Below are positions 40,025 through 54,260 of a stretch of DNA of 64,000 nucleotides, piece after piece. The notes under the pieces are model-generated. The model was not told where the DNA came from. It saw only the letters and a list, made by a program, of their open reading frames with translations, and did not search any database. The first letter of the stretch is position 1, and every line of letters begins with the position of its first letter. The DNA comes from the human T2T-CHM13v2.0 reference genome, Homo sapiens, in assembly GCF_009914755.1 (NCBI RefSeq), contig NC_060943.1. One strand, 5' to 3'. Position numbers and translations under genes: made by a program.

Positions 40025-41409
40025 TTGATCTCAGGGGGTCCTTTTTGGAGTTTATTGTATTTTATTGTACTTGGTGGGGTGTTTGGGGTGGGGGCGGAGG
40101 AGAGCTTGTTCTCGTGGGGTTGTCGGTACCTTCAGAAACTTTTACCAAAGTCACGATTAGCTGCTTGTGGTGGGGCCCCAACCGCCCTCGGGCACTGGGG
40201 AGCTGGGCTGGGGCTGCTGCTCTGGGGTCTCCGGGGGCCACAGCTTGGGGTGAGTTGAAGACCTCAGGGGATGTGGAGGGGTCTGCGGGGCCCTGGCCGC
40301 ACAGGATGGCCTTCAGGGAAGGTGGTCTTGGGGCATGGTGCAGAGCAGGTGACCGGAGGGAATCGGTGACGGAGCGGGGCCAAGGGAGGGGTCCGGAGGG
40401 AGTCAGGGATGGAGGGCAGAGGGAGTGGATGTGGGGGTTTGAGGACGTGTGACAAGCTCCAGCAGGGGTGGGGGCCGGGCTGAGGGTGGGGGTGCGAGGT
40501 GGTCACTCCCATCGTGCCCCTGGCCGTCCCTCCACTCACCCACACCTGGCCCAGTCCACGTTGAGGTCCAGGACTGGGAAGGACCGGGTGAGTGCACCGG
40601 GGACCCAGGCCAGGTGCCCCCCGGAGCCTGCTGGGGTGGCCAGAGCAGGAGGGGGTGTGTTTCCTTTTTGTGGGTGTTGCATGCAAATCAAGTGGACAAG
40701 AAAAAATAACAAAACAAAAAACAAGAAAAAAAAAACACAAAACCCCGTAAAATCACAAAGAAAATCCAACACCAAAGGCGCAGAAGCCGGCTGGCCGTGG
40801 TGGGGGCAGCGTAGGCGTAGCATCCCTCTCCTCTCACTTAGCCTGTTGACTCTTGTTATTATCATGATATTCACAAAACGCCGCATGTTTAAAAAGTCAT
40901 AGATGTCATCTTCTCTCTGCCCCCAGGGAGGAAAGCCACCTTCTCTTGCCCCTTGGCCCCTTTGTCAGGGGCCAGGGGTCTGCCGGGTGGGGGTGCCAAC
41001 AGGCCTGGCCCTTTCCTCCCCTGCATCCAGCCATGGGGGCCTCTGCGATTGCCGGAAGGTTGCATGGCTGGTCCCAGGGCCAGCACAGGCCCGAGGCCGG
41101 GCTGCCTGGTTTTATTTTTATTTAACTTTATTTTCTGTTTTATGAGTGTGTGTCCGCCCACCCCCACCCCCTTCAGTGTTAAGTGGGGAGCCCTGGGGGA
41201 GTCTCTCCTGCCTCCCAGCCTCTCCCAAGACCTCCCCCCTCGTCACCAGCCATCCCTCTGGACCAGGCAGAGGGCGGACCGGGTGGGCAGGGGCCTGAGG
41301 GTGGCTCGGGCCAGCCCACCAGCCAATGGACCCCTCCTCAGGCCGCCAGTGTCGCCCTGCCCCTTTTTAAAACAAAATGCCCTCGTTTGTAAACCCTTAG
41401 ACGCTTGAG

Positions 41410-41415
41410 AATAAA
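41410..41415 (+). terminator. MAP2K7: MAP2K7 poly(A) signal
   Basis: AATAAA followed by a GU-rich element (gtctgtggtgtgt). Confidence 0.85.
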
Positions 41416-41811
41416 CCCCTTCCTTTTCTTCCACCGAGTCTGTGGTGTGTCATGGGCCTGGCAGGGCGAGGTGGGAAGGGGGTGGTTGCGGGGGGAGGTT
41501 TCTGCATTGAGGGGAGACTGAGGCAGGTTTGGGAGCTAGACGGGAGGTGTTTGTAGTGACTTGCCGATGGGTATCAAGCAGCTGGTGTAAGGGACCCCCT
41601 GCCCCCAGTGGCCACAGGTCGGGCAGCAGAGGATCCCTTAATCCCCTCAGGCCTTGGGCATTGGCTCTGGTGTCAGCCCCTCAGTCTGCCACCCCCGCTC
41701 CCTGCCTCCCTCCTTGCCAAGGACAGGGCCGCCTGCCCACGTGCGGGACCTGGGTGCAGCCCAGCTGGTGTCTGCTCTGGCCCCAAACACTCCGACCTCA
41801 GCTGGTCCAGC

Positions 41812-41878
41812 ATGCTGGGCACCGTGCTGCTGCTGGCCCTGCTCCCAGGGATCACCACCTTACCCAGCGGGCCACCTG
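41812..41878 (+). CDS. TGFBR3L: TGFBR3L exon 1 (signal peptide)
   Basis: AGCATGC start; [22 protein letters not shown] + G|gtatgt; phase 1 joins the acceptor at 43362. Confidence 0.85.
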
Positions 41879-41900
41879 GTATGTATGGGCAGGGAGGTGA

Positions 41901-42053
<153 letters not shown>

Positions 42054-42247
42054 TGAGTAGCTGGGACTACAGGCACGCACCACCACGCCTGGCTAATTGT
42101 TGTATTTTTAGTAGAGACAGCGTTTCCCCATGTTGGCCAGGCTGGTCTCGAACTCCTGACCTCAGGCGATCCGCCCGCCTCGAACTTTTCAAAGTGCTGG
42201 GATTACAGGTGTGAGCCACCGCGCCCCACCGATGTCACTCTCTTTCA

Positions 42248-42739
<492 letters not shown>

Positions 42740-42964
42740 TTAGCCGTTTTACCAGGACCCCGCTCAGCACCTGAAGGCAGACATCAGCGTGTGTTTAGGG
42801 GCACGAAGAGGGGAGGGGTCCCATGGCTGCCTCAGCCTGGACAAGTGGAAGCGTCTCAGATCTTGGTGGCCTGGCTGGGCTTTGGCTGTGCCCAGGAGAG
42901 CCTCTTGGGAGGGTATCCTCTTCACTTCCCTTCCTCGTTGGTGACAGCACCTATCTCCCCTTAG

Positions 42965-44134
<1,170 letters not shown>

Positions 44135-44181
44135 TAAGGGGACACATTTCTGGGAACCTGGTGCTGGGCCTCACATGCTAG

Positions 44182-44913
<732 letters not shown>

Positions 44914-44962
44914 TAGGCCTGCCTCCGCGATGCCCGCAGCAGCCCCCAGGGGCCGCCCTTAG

Positions 44963-45079
<117 letters not shown>

Positions 45080-45134
45080 GGAAGGTAGGTATGGAGGTGG
45101 AGGGAGCTGGGTGAGGTAGGAGATCTGACAGTGA

Positions 45135-45670
<536 letters not shown>

Positions 45671-45871
45671 ACCCGCGGCAGGCGCGGGCTTTGGGTCGAG
45701 CCAGGGGCATTAGGTGAGGAGAGGCACTAGGCGAGGAGAACTCAGCATTCGGACCCGGCTCCCACTCTCACCCCGGCATGCAGACCGATGGAAGAGGCTA
45801 GTGGTCTGCTGGGAAGGGAGGTGGCCCGCGTAGCGTCCCCTCCCTCGCTGAGCCTCAGCCACCCCTCCCAG

Positions 45872-46050
45872 GGATGGTGCGCCCCCAACATGGTCCGGAG
45901 ATACACCCAGCTACCAATTCGGGACCAGGACCAACAGGACCGGACCCGCCTCCCTGGACCTCGGACCTGATGAGGCCACGACCCCTGCGCTTCTCTCCTC
46001 CCCCTGTCCCTCCCACCTGTGCTCAAAATAAACCTCTGGACTGACCGGCT
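45872..46050 (+). other. TGFBR3L: TGFBR3L non-coding terminal exon with AATAAA at 46027-46032
   Basis: Acceptor cccctcccag at 45871; poly(A) hexamer. Confidence 0.7.
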
Positions 46051-46067
46051 AAGTTCTGGTGCAGTCA

Positions 46068-46784
<717 letters not shown>

Positions 46785-47139
46785 TTAGATTGTCAGTCTA
46801 GTCTAGAGCTCCTTAAATCCCTCCTGCCCGAGCTCCACTCTACCTTACACAGACAAGAGTGGGACTATCAGCCCCAGTCTACAGAGGAGGAAACTGAGGC
46901 TCGGCAAGGCTAAATCACTTGCCCAAAGTCCCCAGGCCTGTCTGACCCCAGAGCCCAGGCTCTTGACCGACTGGATCTTCGGACTTGACCTTTCGGCCAG
47001 AACCCACCCCTCTGCGAGAAGCAAAGCACACAGTAGTAGCTTCATGAGTTAGTCCAGCAACAGAGGGAGGGCATGGGATCCAAGGTGTCGTCTCCACTTC
47101 ATGAATGAGATAAAGTGCAGGCTGAGGGTCTCCTTCGCC

Positions 47140-47321
47140 CCGCCCCAGTTCCGGTGCCGATCTCCCCTTCACTTCCATTGGGGCGGTTCCCCGGGCCTCC
47201 AAACGCGAAGCCACGCCCCCACGCGCGTCCGCCTCCGCGCGGTTCTTTCTGACCTCGGCGGCCCCCGTAGCTCCGCCCATCGGAGAAGCGACCTTACAGC
47301 GCCTGCCTCTTTCTGAGCGGC
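47140..47321 (+). promoter_or_regulatory. SNAPC2: SNAPC2 CpG-island promoter
   Basis: GC boxes, TTCCGG ETS core, CpG-dense. Confidence 0.7.
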
Positions 47322-47504
47322 ATGAAGCCACCTCCCAGGCGGCGAGCGGCCCCGGCGCGCTATCTGGGCGAGGTGACCGGTCCCGCGACCTGGAGCGCTC
47401 GCGAGAAGCGGCAGCTAGTGCGACTCCTGCAGGCGCGGCAGGGCCAGCCGGAGCCGGACGCCACCGAGCTGGCCCGGGAGCTGCGGGGCCGGAGCGAGGC
47501 TGAG
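47322..47504 (+). CDS. SNAPC2: SNAPC2 exon 1 (SNAP45, snRNA-activating complex subunit 2)
   Basis: [37 protein letters not shown]...RSEAE|gtgaga; 183 nt. Confidence 0.95.
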
Positions 47505-48377
47505 GTGAGATGCGGTTCTCGGGACCGGAGCCAGGCTGGAGGCGGGGCTGGGGTGGGGCGGAGAGTGGGCGGGGCTGCGGCAGGAGCCAGCGGGGCGGGG
47601 CCAGGAATGTAAGCGAGCGGGGGCGTGGCGTGGGGCTGAGTGGCGGGGCGTTAGTGGGTGAGCCTGGGCGGGGTGAGGGGCGGGGCGTGGACGGGAAGAG
47701 AAGACCTAGGGGCGGGGCGAGCTTGGGAGCTAGACGTGGGCGGGGCATAAGTGAAGCGGAGGGGCGGGGCGATGCCGGGGGCGGGGCGTGCGTGCCGCTG
47801 AGGTTTGGAGAGTGGGTGGGTGAGTTTGAGGGGCAGGACGAGCCTGGGGGCGGGGCGTGGGCGGGTTAATAGCAAGACTTAAGGGCGGGGCCGTTTTGGG
47901 AGTAAGGCGTGGGAGGGGCGTGGGCGGGATGAGGGCAAGCTTTAAAGGCGGGGCGAGCCTCGGGGTAATGCGTGGGTGAGGCGAGGGCTAAACGGGCGGA
48001 ATGAACTGGGAGTAAGATGCTGCCGAGTCCGGGCGAAAAGCAACGCATGCTGTTGGACAGGATACGAGCTTGAAGTGAGAGGGAATAGAGAAGAGGGGAC
48101 GAAGAAGGGAGTTGAACGGGGTAGTAGTCAGCATAGGGTTGGGCCCTGGCTGCGTGAAGGAGCCGGAACTGGCCTGGGCCTTACAACTTCCTTAGGTAGC
48201 TGGTCACGCTCTGGGTGGGGTAGGGGCCTTGGCAGTCACTGGGACTCCTAACACCGGGCCAGCAGGAGACTAAGGCGCAGTAGCGGGGCCCAGAGCATAC
48301 AAGGGATTGGGCTTTGGCTTCTCTGCTGCAGCCCTGAGCTCATAGAAGCCTCATTCCGCCGCCTCTTTCCTTTCTAG

Positions 48378-48497
48378 ATCCGGGTCTTCCTCCAGCAGCT
48401 CAAGGGCCGCGTAGCCCGGGAGGCCATTCAGAAAGTGCATCCGGGTGGCCTTCAGGGACCAAGGCGCCGGGAGGCACAGCCCCCAGCCCCCATAGAG
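48378..48497 (+). CDS. SNAPC2: SNAPC2 exon 2
   Basis: [22 protein letters not shown]...PPAPIE. Confidence 0.93.
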
Positions 48498-48659
48498 GTG
48501 AGGCAGATGAACAGGGTGAGGCTGTCCAGGGCAGGTCCCTGGTGGGTAGGTGGGAGTTGCGGGGGATAACCTGATTAGGGGATCCCCAGGAGGAGCAGGG
48601 CTTGGGGGGCCATTGCAGGCTGATCCCTGGGCTGACCCTGTACCTCTGGCTTCACTCAG

Positions 48660-48728
48660 GTCTGGACGGATCTGGCTGAGAAGATAACAGGGCCACTGGA
48701 AGAAGCCGTGGCAGTGGCTTTCTCGCAG
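48660..48728 (+). CDS. SNAPC2: SNAPC2 exon 3
   Basis: VWTDLAEKITGPLEEAVAVAFSQ. Confidence 0.93.
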
Positions 48729-48989
48729 GTACCGCCATTCCCCCAGGCAGGTCAGGGTGTCCCAGAGGACAGGGTCACATGGGCCAAATCATGTGAACCT
48801 GGGTCCTGGGCCCTTTTGCCAGCTCTGTGGACTCCGTCAGTCACTGGACACCTCGAGCCTCAGTGTCCCTGGCTCTGAGGCCATCTCTTGTCTGAGGAGC
48901 ATCTTAGGGTGGCAGGGAGGATGGGGGAATGTGTAGACGGTGAGAAGACTTCCCAGCTCCTCTTCCTCCCTGATTGTTCTGCCTGCCAG

Positions 48990-49302
48990 GTGCTCACCAT
49001 CGCGGCCACGGAACCGGTCACCCTCCTGCACTCCAAGCCCCCCAAGCCCACGCAGGCCCGTGGAAAGCCTTTGCTCCTGAGCGCCCCTGGAGGACAGGAA
49101 GACCCCGCCCCTGAAATACCTAGCTCTGCCCCTGCTGCACCTAGCTCCGCACCCAGGACTCCTGACCCTGCCCCTGAGAAACCTTCTGAGTCGTCGGCTG
49201 GTCCCTCCACTGAAGAAGACTTTGCTGTGGACTTTGAGAAGATCTACAAGTACTTGTCCTCTGTCTCCCGAAGTGGCCGCAGCCCCGAGCTCTCAGCAGC
49301 TG
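48990..49302 (+). CDS. SNAPC2: SNAPC2 exon 4
   Basis: [15 protein letters not shown]...[14 protein letters not shown]...LSAA. Confidence 0.94.
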
Positions 49303-49399
49303 GTGAGAAGGGTGAGGGAGGGGGCAGGAGCAGAGGGATCAAGGGTCCCTGGCAGCAGGCAGGGGTGTCCCCTTACCCCTCTCCTCCATCCATCACTAG

Positions 49400-49719
49400 A
49401 GTCCGCTGTGGTCCTCGACCTGCTCATGTCACTTCCAGAGGAGCTGCCACTCCTGCCCTGCACAGCCCTGGTTGAGCATATGACGGAGACGTACCTACGC
49501 CTGACAGCCCCCCAGCCCATTCCCGCTGGAGGGAGCCTGGGGCCTGCAGCAGAAGGGGATGGGGCTGGCTCCAAGGCACCAGAGGAGACCCCCCCAGCCA
49601 CCGAGAAGGCCGAGCACAGCGAACTGAAATCGCCTTGGCAAGCAGCTGGGATCTGTCCCCTGAACCCGTTCCTGGTGCCCCTGGAGCTTCTGGGTCGGGC
49701 AGCCACCCCTGCCAGGTGA
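49400..49719 (+). CDS. SNAPC2: SNAPC2 exon 5 coding part
   Basis: [16 protein letters not shown]...[23 protein letters not shown]; total 1005 nt = 334 aa. Confidence 0.94.
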
Positions 49720-50176
49720 GGGGCATGGCGGGCAGGAGGCCACACCAGGCCCCCCGCCCTGCCCCTCGGTTCTGCTCGGCTGGCCCTGGCTCTTTCTGAG
49801 GATCCCGTCATGGGGGAAGGTCCTTGAGATGATGCTCAGCTGTGGGGCGGGCCTCTAAGATGCCCCATACTTTGGGGGTCTCAGAAATGGAACCCCCGTT
49901 GTACAGGGGTTGGGTGGGGGTTGCAGGACTCCACTCACAAGCCTCCTGATGTCAAGGACAGGCGGACAGGGCTGGCCTCCCCCAGTCCCCAAGCCCCACT
50001 GTGCCTTGTTGTCTGCTGGGGGGCCATAGCTGGCACTGCCCACCGTAAAGGCCCTCGCACATTTTCCCCCTTCCTGTACACCTCGGGGCCAGCATCCTCA
50101 CCTTCTTCAACTGACCAGTCGTGGTTACTCCCTGCTGCCAGGTCCTTCCCCTTCCCGGGGGTATTCTGTGACCATG

Positions 50177-50182
50177 AATAAA
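50177..50182 (+). terminator. SNAPC2: SNAPC2 poly(A) signal
   Basis: AATAAA with U-rich downstream sequence. Confidence 0.8.
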
Positions 50183-51249
50183 GTTATCATTCTCTTTCTC
50201 TTTCACCTGTGACTTAAAGATGGAAGTGGGGGCCCTGAAGTGTCAGAGCTTGGGGGTCACAGGGCTGGGGGTGTGTGCCAGGGAGGAGAGCTGCCACCTG
50301 ACTGGTGTGATGAGGCCTGGGGTGAGGAGCCCCTTGGTGACTGTGAAGCTGACAAGTGTGGATGGGGAGAGCCGGCAGGGCACCTTGGGGACAGGCGTCA
50401 GGGATGGGTTTCAGAGTAGGGCAAAATCACATCGCACAGGTGGAGGGGAGAAGGCAGCAGAGAGTGGGGGTGACCCGGTGGAAGGAGTTGAGCCCCAGGC
50501 TGGGCGGTTAGAGGAAGATAGATAGGGGTGGGCTGCCCCGAGTGGCAGGAGGCTAGTGGGAGTGGAGTGTCCCCTGGGGTGGCTTTGGGACCTCAAGGAT
50601 CCCTAGAAGGCGGGGAGGGAGGGGTACTGGAGTCAGGGCTGACCCCAAACCCCTGGGGGTGCTGGGACCCCGCTTGAGGCCCCCTCCATCAGCTTCACCT
50701 GCCCTGTGGGTGTGGACCGAGGGTCGGGTCCTAGAGAGGGAAGCAGATGTCCTCCCACGGCACCGCGTCCCACGCCCAGCTAGTAATCCAAGTCGGTAAA
50801 TTCTCCGTTCTCGGAGCCTGTGCATTCACCCAGCCTGCCTTTTATAGAAACGCTCATTCCTCCCCCCACACACTGCACACGGCTCCCCTGGGGTGCACAT
50901 CTCTTGGGAGGGCCTTGGAGCACAGCCAGCCCACTCCGTCCGTGGTCACCGCCCCACCGCACCAGACCCACAAACGCTGCCAATGGTGGTGGGCAGGGGG
51001 AGGAGGCTTAGGCTGCAGGTACGGTCGGTCGTCGGAGCCTCCCTCCAGGGCTGGCAGAGGGTGCGCCTCCCAGTTCCCCACAGGGCTGAGTCTCTCTCAC
51101 CACCCCCGGCGCCTCCCCAGATCAACAGAATTGTGTGTGGAGGGGAGGCAGCTGGGGGTTACACATCAGCCCCCCCCCCAAAGCCGGTGAAAGGTGCTTG
51201 TGATCTTGGTGTCTTTGCAGCCCTGGGAAGCTTTAAAAACATGCAAAAG

Positions 51250-51478
51250 CCAGACCTGGGTTCCACTTCCAGCCCTACCAGACTCTAGCCATGTGACTGT
51301 GGGCAAGTCAGTCACTGGAGCTGCCTGGCCCTCGGTCTCCTGGCCTGTAGAATAGGGATGCTAACAGGGCCTGGCTCATTCTCACGATCCCGAAGAGGAG
51401 ACAGGCTATAAACAGGAGGTGCCAACTCAGCACGCTACTTGGCATGCAGTAAGCGCTCAATAATAGCTTTTATTATCA
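51250..51478 (+). mobile_element. MIR SINE overlapping the CTXN1 3' end
   Basis: agacctgggttc...tgtgactgtgggcaagtca...tgtagaatagggatg...ggcatgcagtaagcgctcaataa...tattat. Confidence 0.75.
51469..51474 (-). terminator. CTXN1: CTXN1 poly(A) signal
   Basis: tttatt on plus = AATAAA on minus; the first one I found downstream of the CDS. Confidence 0.75.
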
Positions 51479-52243
51479 TGTTCGGCTCAGAGGCAGGGAG
51501 GAGTGGAACGGCATGGGAGGGCTGCGGGAGGCACGGCAGGGGGGTCAGGGGCAAGTGGCAGGAGGGCGGATGGGGGGCAGCGGTGGGCACCGGGGCAGGG
51601 CGCGCTGACCTGTCCTGGGGCCCGGGTTGGGGGCAGAAATGAGCCTGCCCACGCTGTCCCGCCACGGCAGGCGCCACGCATCCTCGACACAGCCGCCATG
51701 GCAGGCCTTCGGGCTCCGTCTCCGGGACAGGCGGTGCAGGGCAAATTGGTATGCAGCGTCCGCCCCGTGGGCCCGGGAGAGCCTGCCCCGCAGGGACCAG
51801 AGCCCAAGGACGGGCTCAACACTCAGTCAAGGTGGGGTTGACGACGGCCAGACAACAGGGGAGGGAGGAGGGACAAGGGGGTCCCCACTTCCAGGGACGC
51901 ACAATAGCAGAGCCACTTACACGCTGGGGAGGGGGCGGTGCGGGGGTCCTCCTCCCGCCCGGGATTCAGAGTCGGGGGTGGGGGCCAGCCGGGCGGGTGA
52001 GATGCGCAGAGAGGAAGGGACAGGGCGGATAAAGGCACGAGGTGGGGCTCCGGCCAGGCCAGGAAGGGACATGGGAGGGGTCTCGAGGGGGAGGGGCTGG
52101 GCTTCTCCCAACTCCCTCCCCCTCTCCCCCGGGCTGGGGGCTCCGGGGCGGGATCCTGAGCGCAGTCCTGGCCCCGCGGCGCCCCCCGCCGGGCCGGCCC
52201 TCGGAGACCCCGGCGCAGGGCCGGCTAGGGGGCGCCGCGCCCC

Positions 52244-52492
52244 TCACACCAACGCGTAGTCGAACTGCCCGCGCTCGAGCGCCTCCTTGTGGTCGGTCCA
52301 GGACGAGGCGGGCATGCGGCTGTAGGGGTCGAGCAGGATGCGCACGCAGCGCACCATCAACAGCACCAGCACCACGAGCAGGCAGAGCACGAAGGCGAAC
52401 ACCGTGCGCTGCTCCGCGTCCAGGCCCGCGCCCACCGGGGGCCCCGTCGACGGCGGCAGGGGCTCCGGCGACAGCGTCCACGTCGCGCTCAT
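52244..52492 (-). CDS. CTXN1: Cortexin-1, 82-aa single-pass membrane protein
   Basis: [12 protein letters not shown]...[35 protein letters not shown]...QFDYALV; cortexin signature. Confidence 0.96.
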
Positions 52493-52511
52493 GGCTCACA
52501 TCGCCGCGCGC

Positions 52512-53300
52512 CCTGCGGAGGAGGGGACCCGCCCCGGGCGCCGGGGATGAGGCTGCGCCCTCCCTCCCGCGCCTCCTCCGCTTCGCCCCCTCCTGCCGCC
52601 GCCGCCGCCGCCTCCCTTAACGTGCCCGACCCCATCCCCCGCCCGCGCCTCGGTCCCCGGGCTACGCCCATGCCCGGCCCGCCGGATCGCCGCCACCACC
52701 ACGCGGGGACCCAACTCTGGCCGTGCGCGCAGGTGGGGGCGCTGAGAGCCGGGAAACGGAGCCGCGCCCGGCCTGGGCCGCACACAACAGGTGCGAAAGC
52801 GCGGCCGCGGCCCGGGCGCGCGGCGTGGGGACGGTCCCCGCGGCCCCTGCCCCCGCTCCCTTTGTTCTCGGCGGCCTGGGACCCCCTCCCCCACCGCCCC
52901 CGCCCCGGCGCGCCCCTCACCCTGGCTTCGACCCGGACGGGGACCGACCGCCCGGCGGCCGCGCTCTCTCAGGGACCCGCGCCGGCTGCGCGTTCGGCCT
53001 CTCCCCGGCGGCGGCGGCGGCGGCCCGGGCTCCGGCTCAGCCCACCCCACCCGCCCCTGGAGCGGCGGAGACCGAGGCAGGCAAGCAGCGCGCGAGCCGG
53101 GCCGCCGCGGCTGTTCCTATGGCGACGGGGGCGGGGCCGCCGCGGGGGGCGGGGCTGCAGGGGGCGGAGGCTGCGCAGGGAGCGGCGCGCGAGCCAGCGA
53201 CCCCGCCCGGGCCTGCGGGAGGACGGAACCCCAGCCCCGAGGACCCGCGAGCACCCACGACCTCGCCGGGGAGTGGGCAGCTGCCACTCCCACCTCCCCT
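52512..53300 (-). promoter_or_regulatory. CTXN1: CTXN1 CpG island: promoter, non-coding exon 1 (ends 52921), intron 52920-52513
   Basis: Donor AGG|GTGAGG and acceptor ctccgcag on minus. Confidence 0.75.
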
Positions 53301-53692
53301 GGCACTTCGGGCCCCCCAGCCTGCCCTGTACCTGCATTCTCCTCCGCGATAGACCCCACTCGAGACTCCCTGTTTGTGGGGGGACCTCAGTGGCCCTAAA
53401 ACACTCATATGGGCACTCAAGCTCCCCCGGCCCTGGGGACCTCAATTCTCAGAGAGCTCAGGCAGGTCACTGGGATGAGTAAGTCCCCCTAGTTTTGTCT
53501 GTCACTGGCCTCGTCTTCCAACTCAGGGTCCAGCCCTGGGCAAGGCGTCCACCCACTGCGGCTGCAGTTCCTCACTCGACCTTGACCGCCTCCCACAGCA
53601 GCCGCCTGCTCCCACCCCCACCATCGCCTCGGCCACTCCCGCGCCAGAGAAGACACTTCAGACTCCGTAGCTGCTCTTCTGCAATTCGGTGT

Positions 53693-53698
53693 TTTATT
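53693..53698 (-). terminator. TIMM44: TIMM44 poly(A) signal
   Basis: AATAAA on minus, about 440 nt after the stop codon. Confidence 0.8.
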
Positions 53699-54140
53699 CT
53701 TTCCAAATCTCAGGCTTATGCACAAGATGGAAGAGCACTGTTAAAATAAAAAAATGGACCTAAAGTGGCTTGGCTGACGTGGCTAGCGGGCCACTGAGCC
53801 GCGGGTCCCGGGTCCCACCCTGCTGTGGGGGGAGTCCCTGGGCCCTGGGGCCTCTTGGCACTGTGTGACCTGTGTGCACCCCAGGTGACCAGGCGCCGGG
53901 ACCCCTGCAGGGCAGAGCAACAGGGCAGGGGTTGGCCCTGCGGGGGAGTGTCTCCAGCTGCCGCGCACCCGCAACAGCCCGTTGTCCCCTCCCGGGCCAG
54001 CTGGTCTTGCAGCCGTCCTGGCAGAGCTGGGGGCAGAGCCCGCAGTCTTGTTCCCAGAGGTCTGGAGTTGCCGCAGGTGGTGTTGCGGTGCCTCTGTGCC
54101 TGATGACCCAGGCCGGGGCTACCTGGCTCCGGCACCACAC

Positions 54141-54260
54141 TCAGAGAATCTGCTCGGTGCTGGAGGCCGAGATGTCCAGGAGCCGCCAGGCCGCGTAGGG
54201 GTTGAGCTCGTCCTGGTCTCGGCAGAGCGCCCACACGTACAGCATCCGCAGCACCTTGTC
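54141..54260 (-). CDS. TIMM44: TIMM44 last coding exon (13)
   Basis: DKVLRMLYVWALCRDQDELNPYAAWRLLDISASSTEQIL*. Confidence 0.96.
   Translation of the reverse strand, partial: DKVLRMLYVWALCRDQDELNPYAAWRLLDISASSTEQIL

Noticed and set aside
52289-53482. 397-aa plus-strand ORF and neighbours
   Set aside because: CpG-island low-stop artefact antisense to CTXN1.
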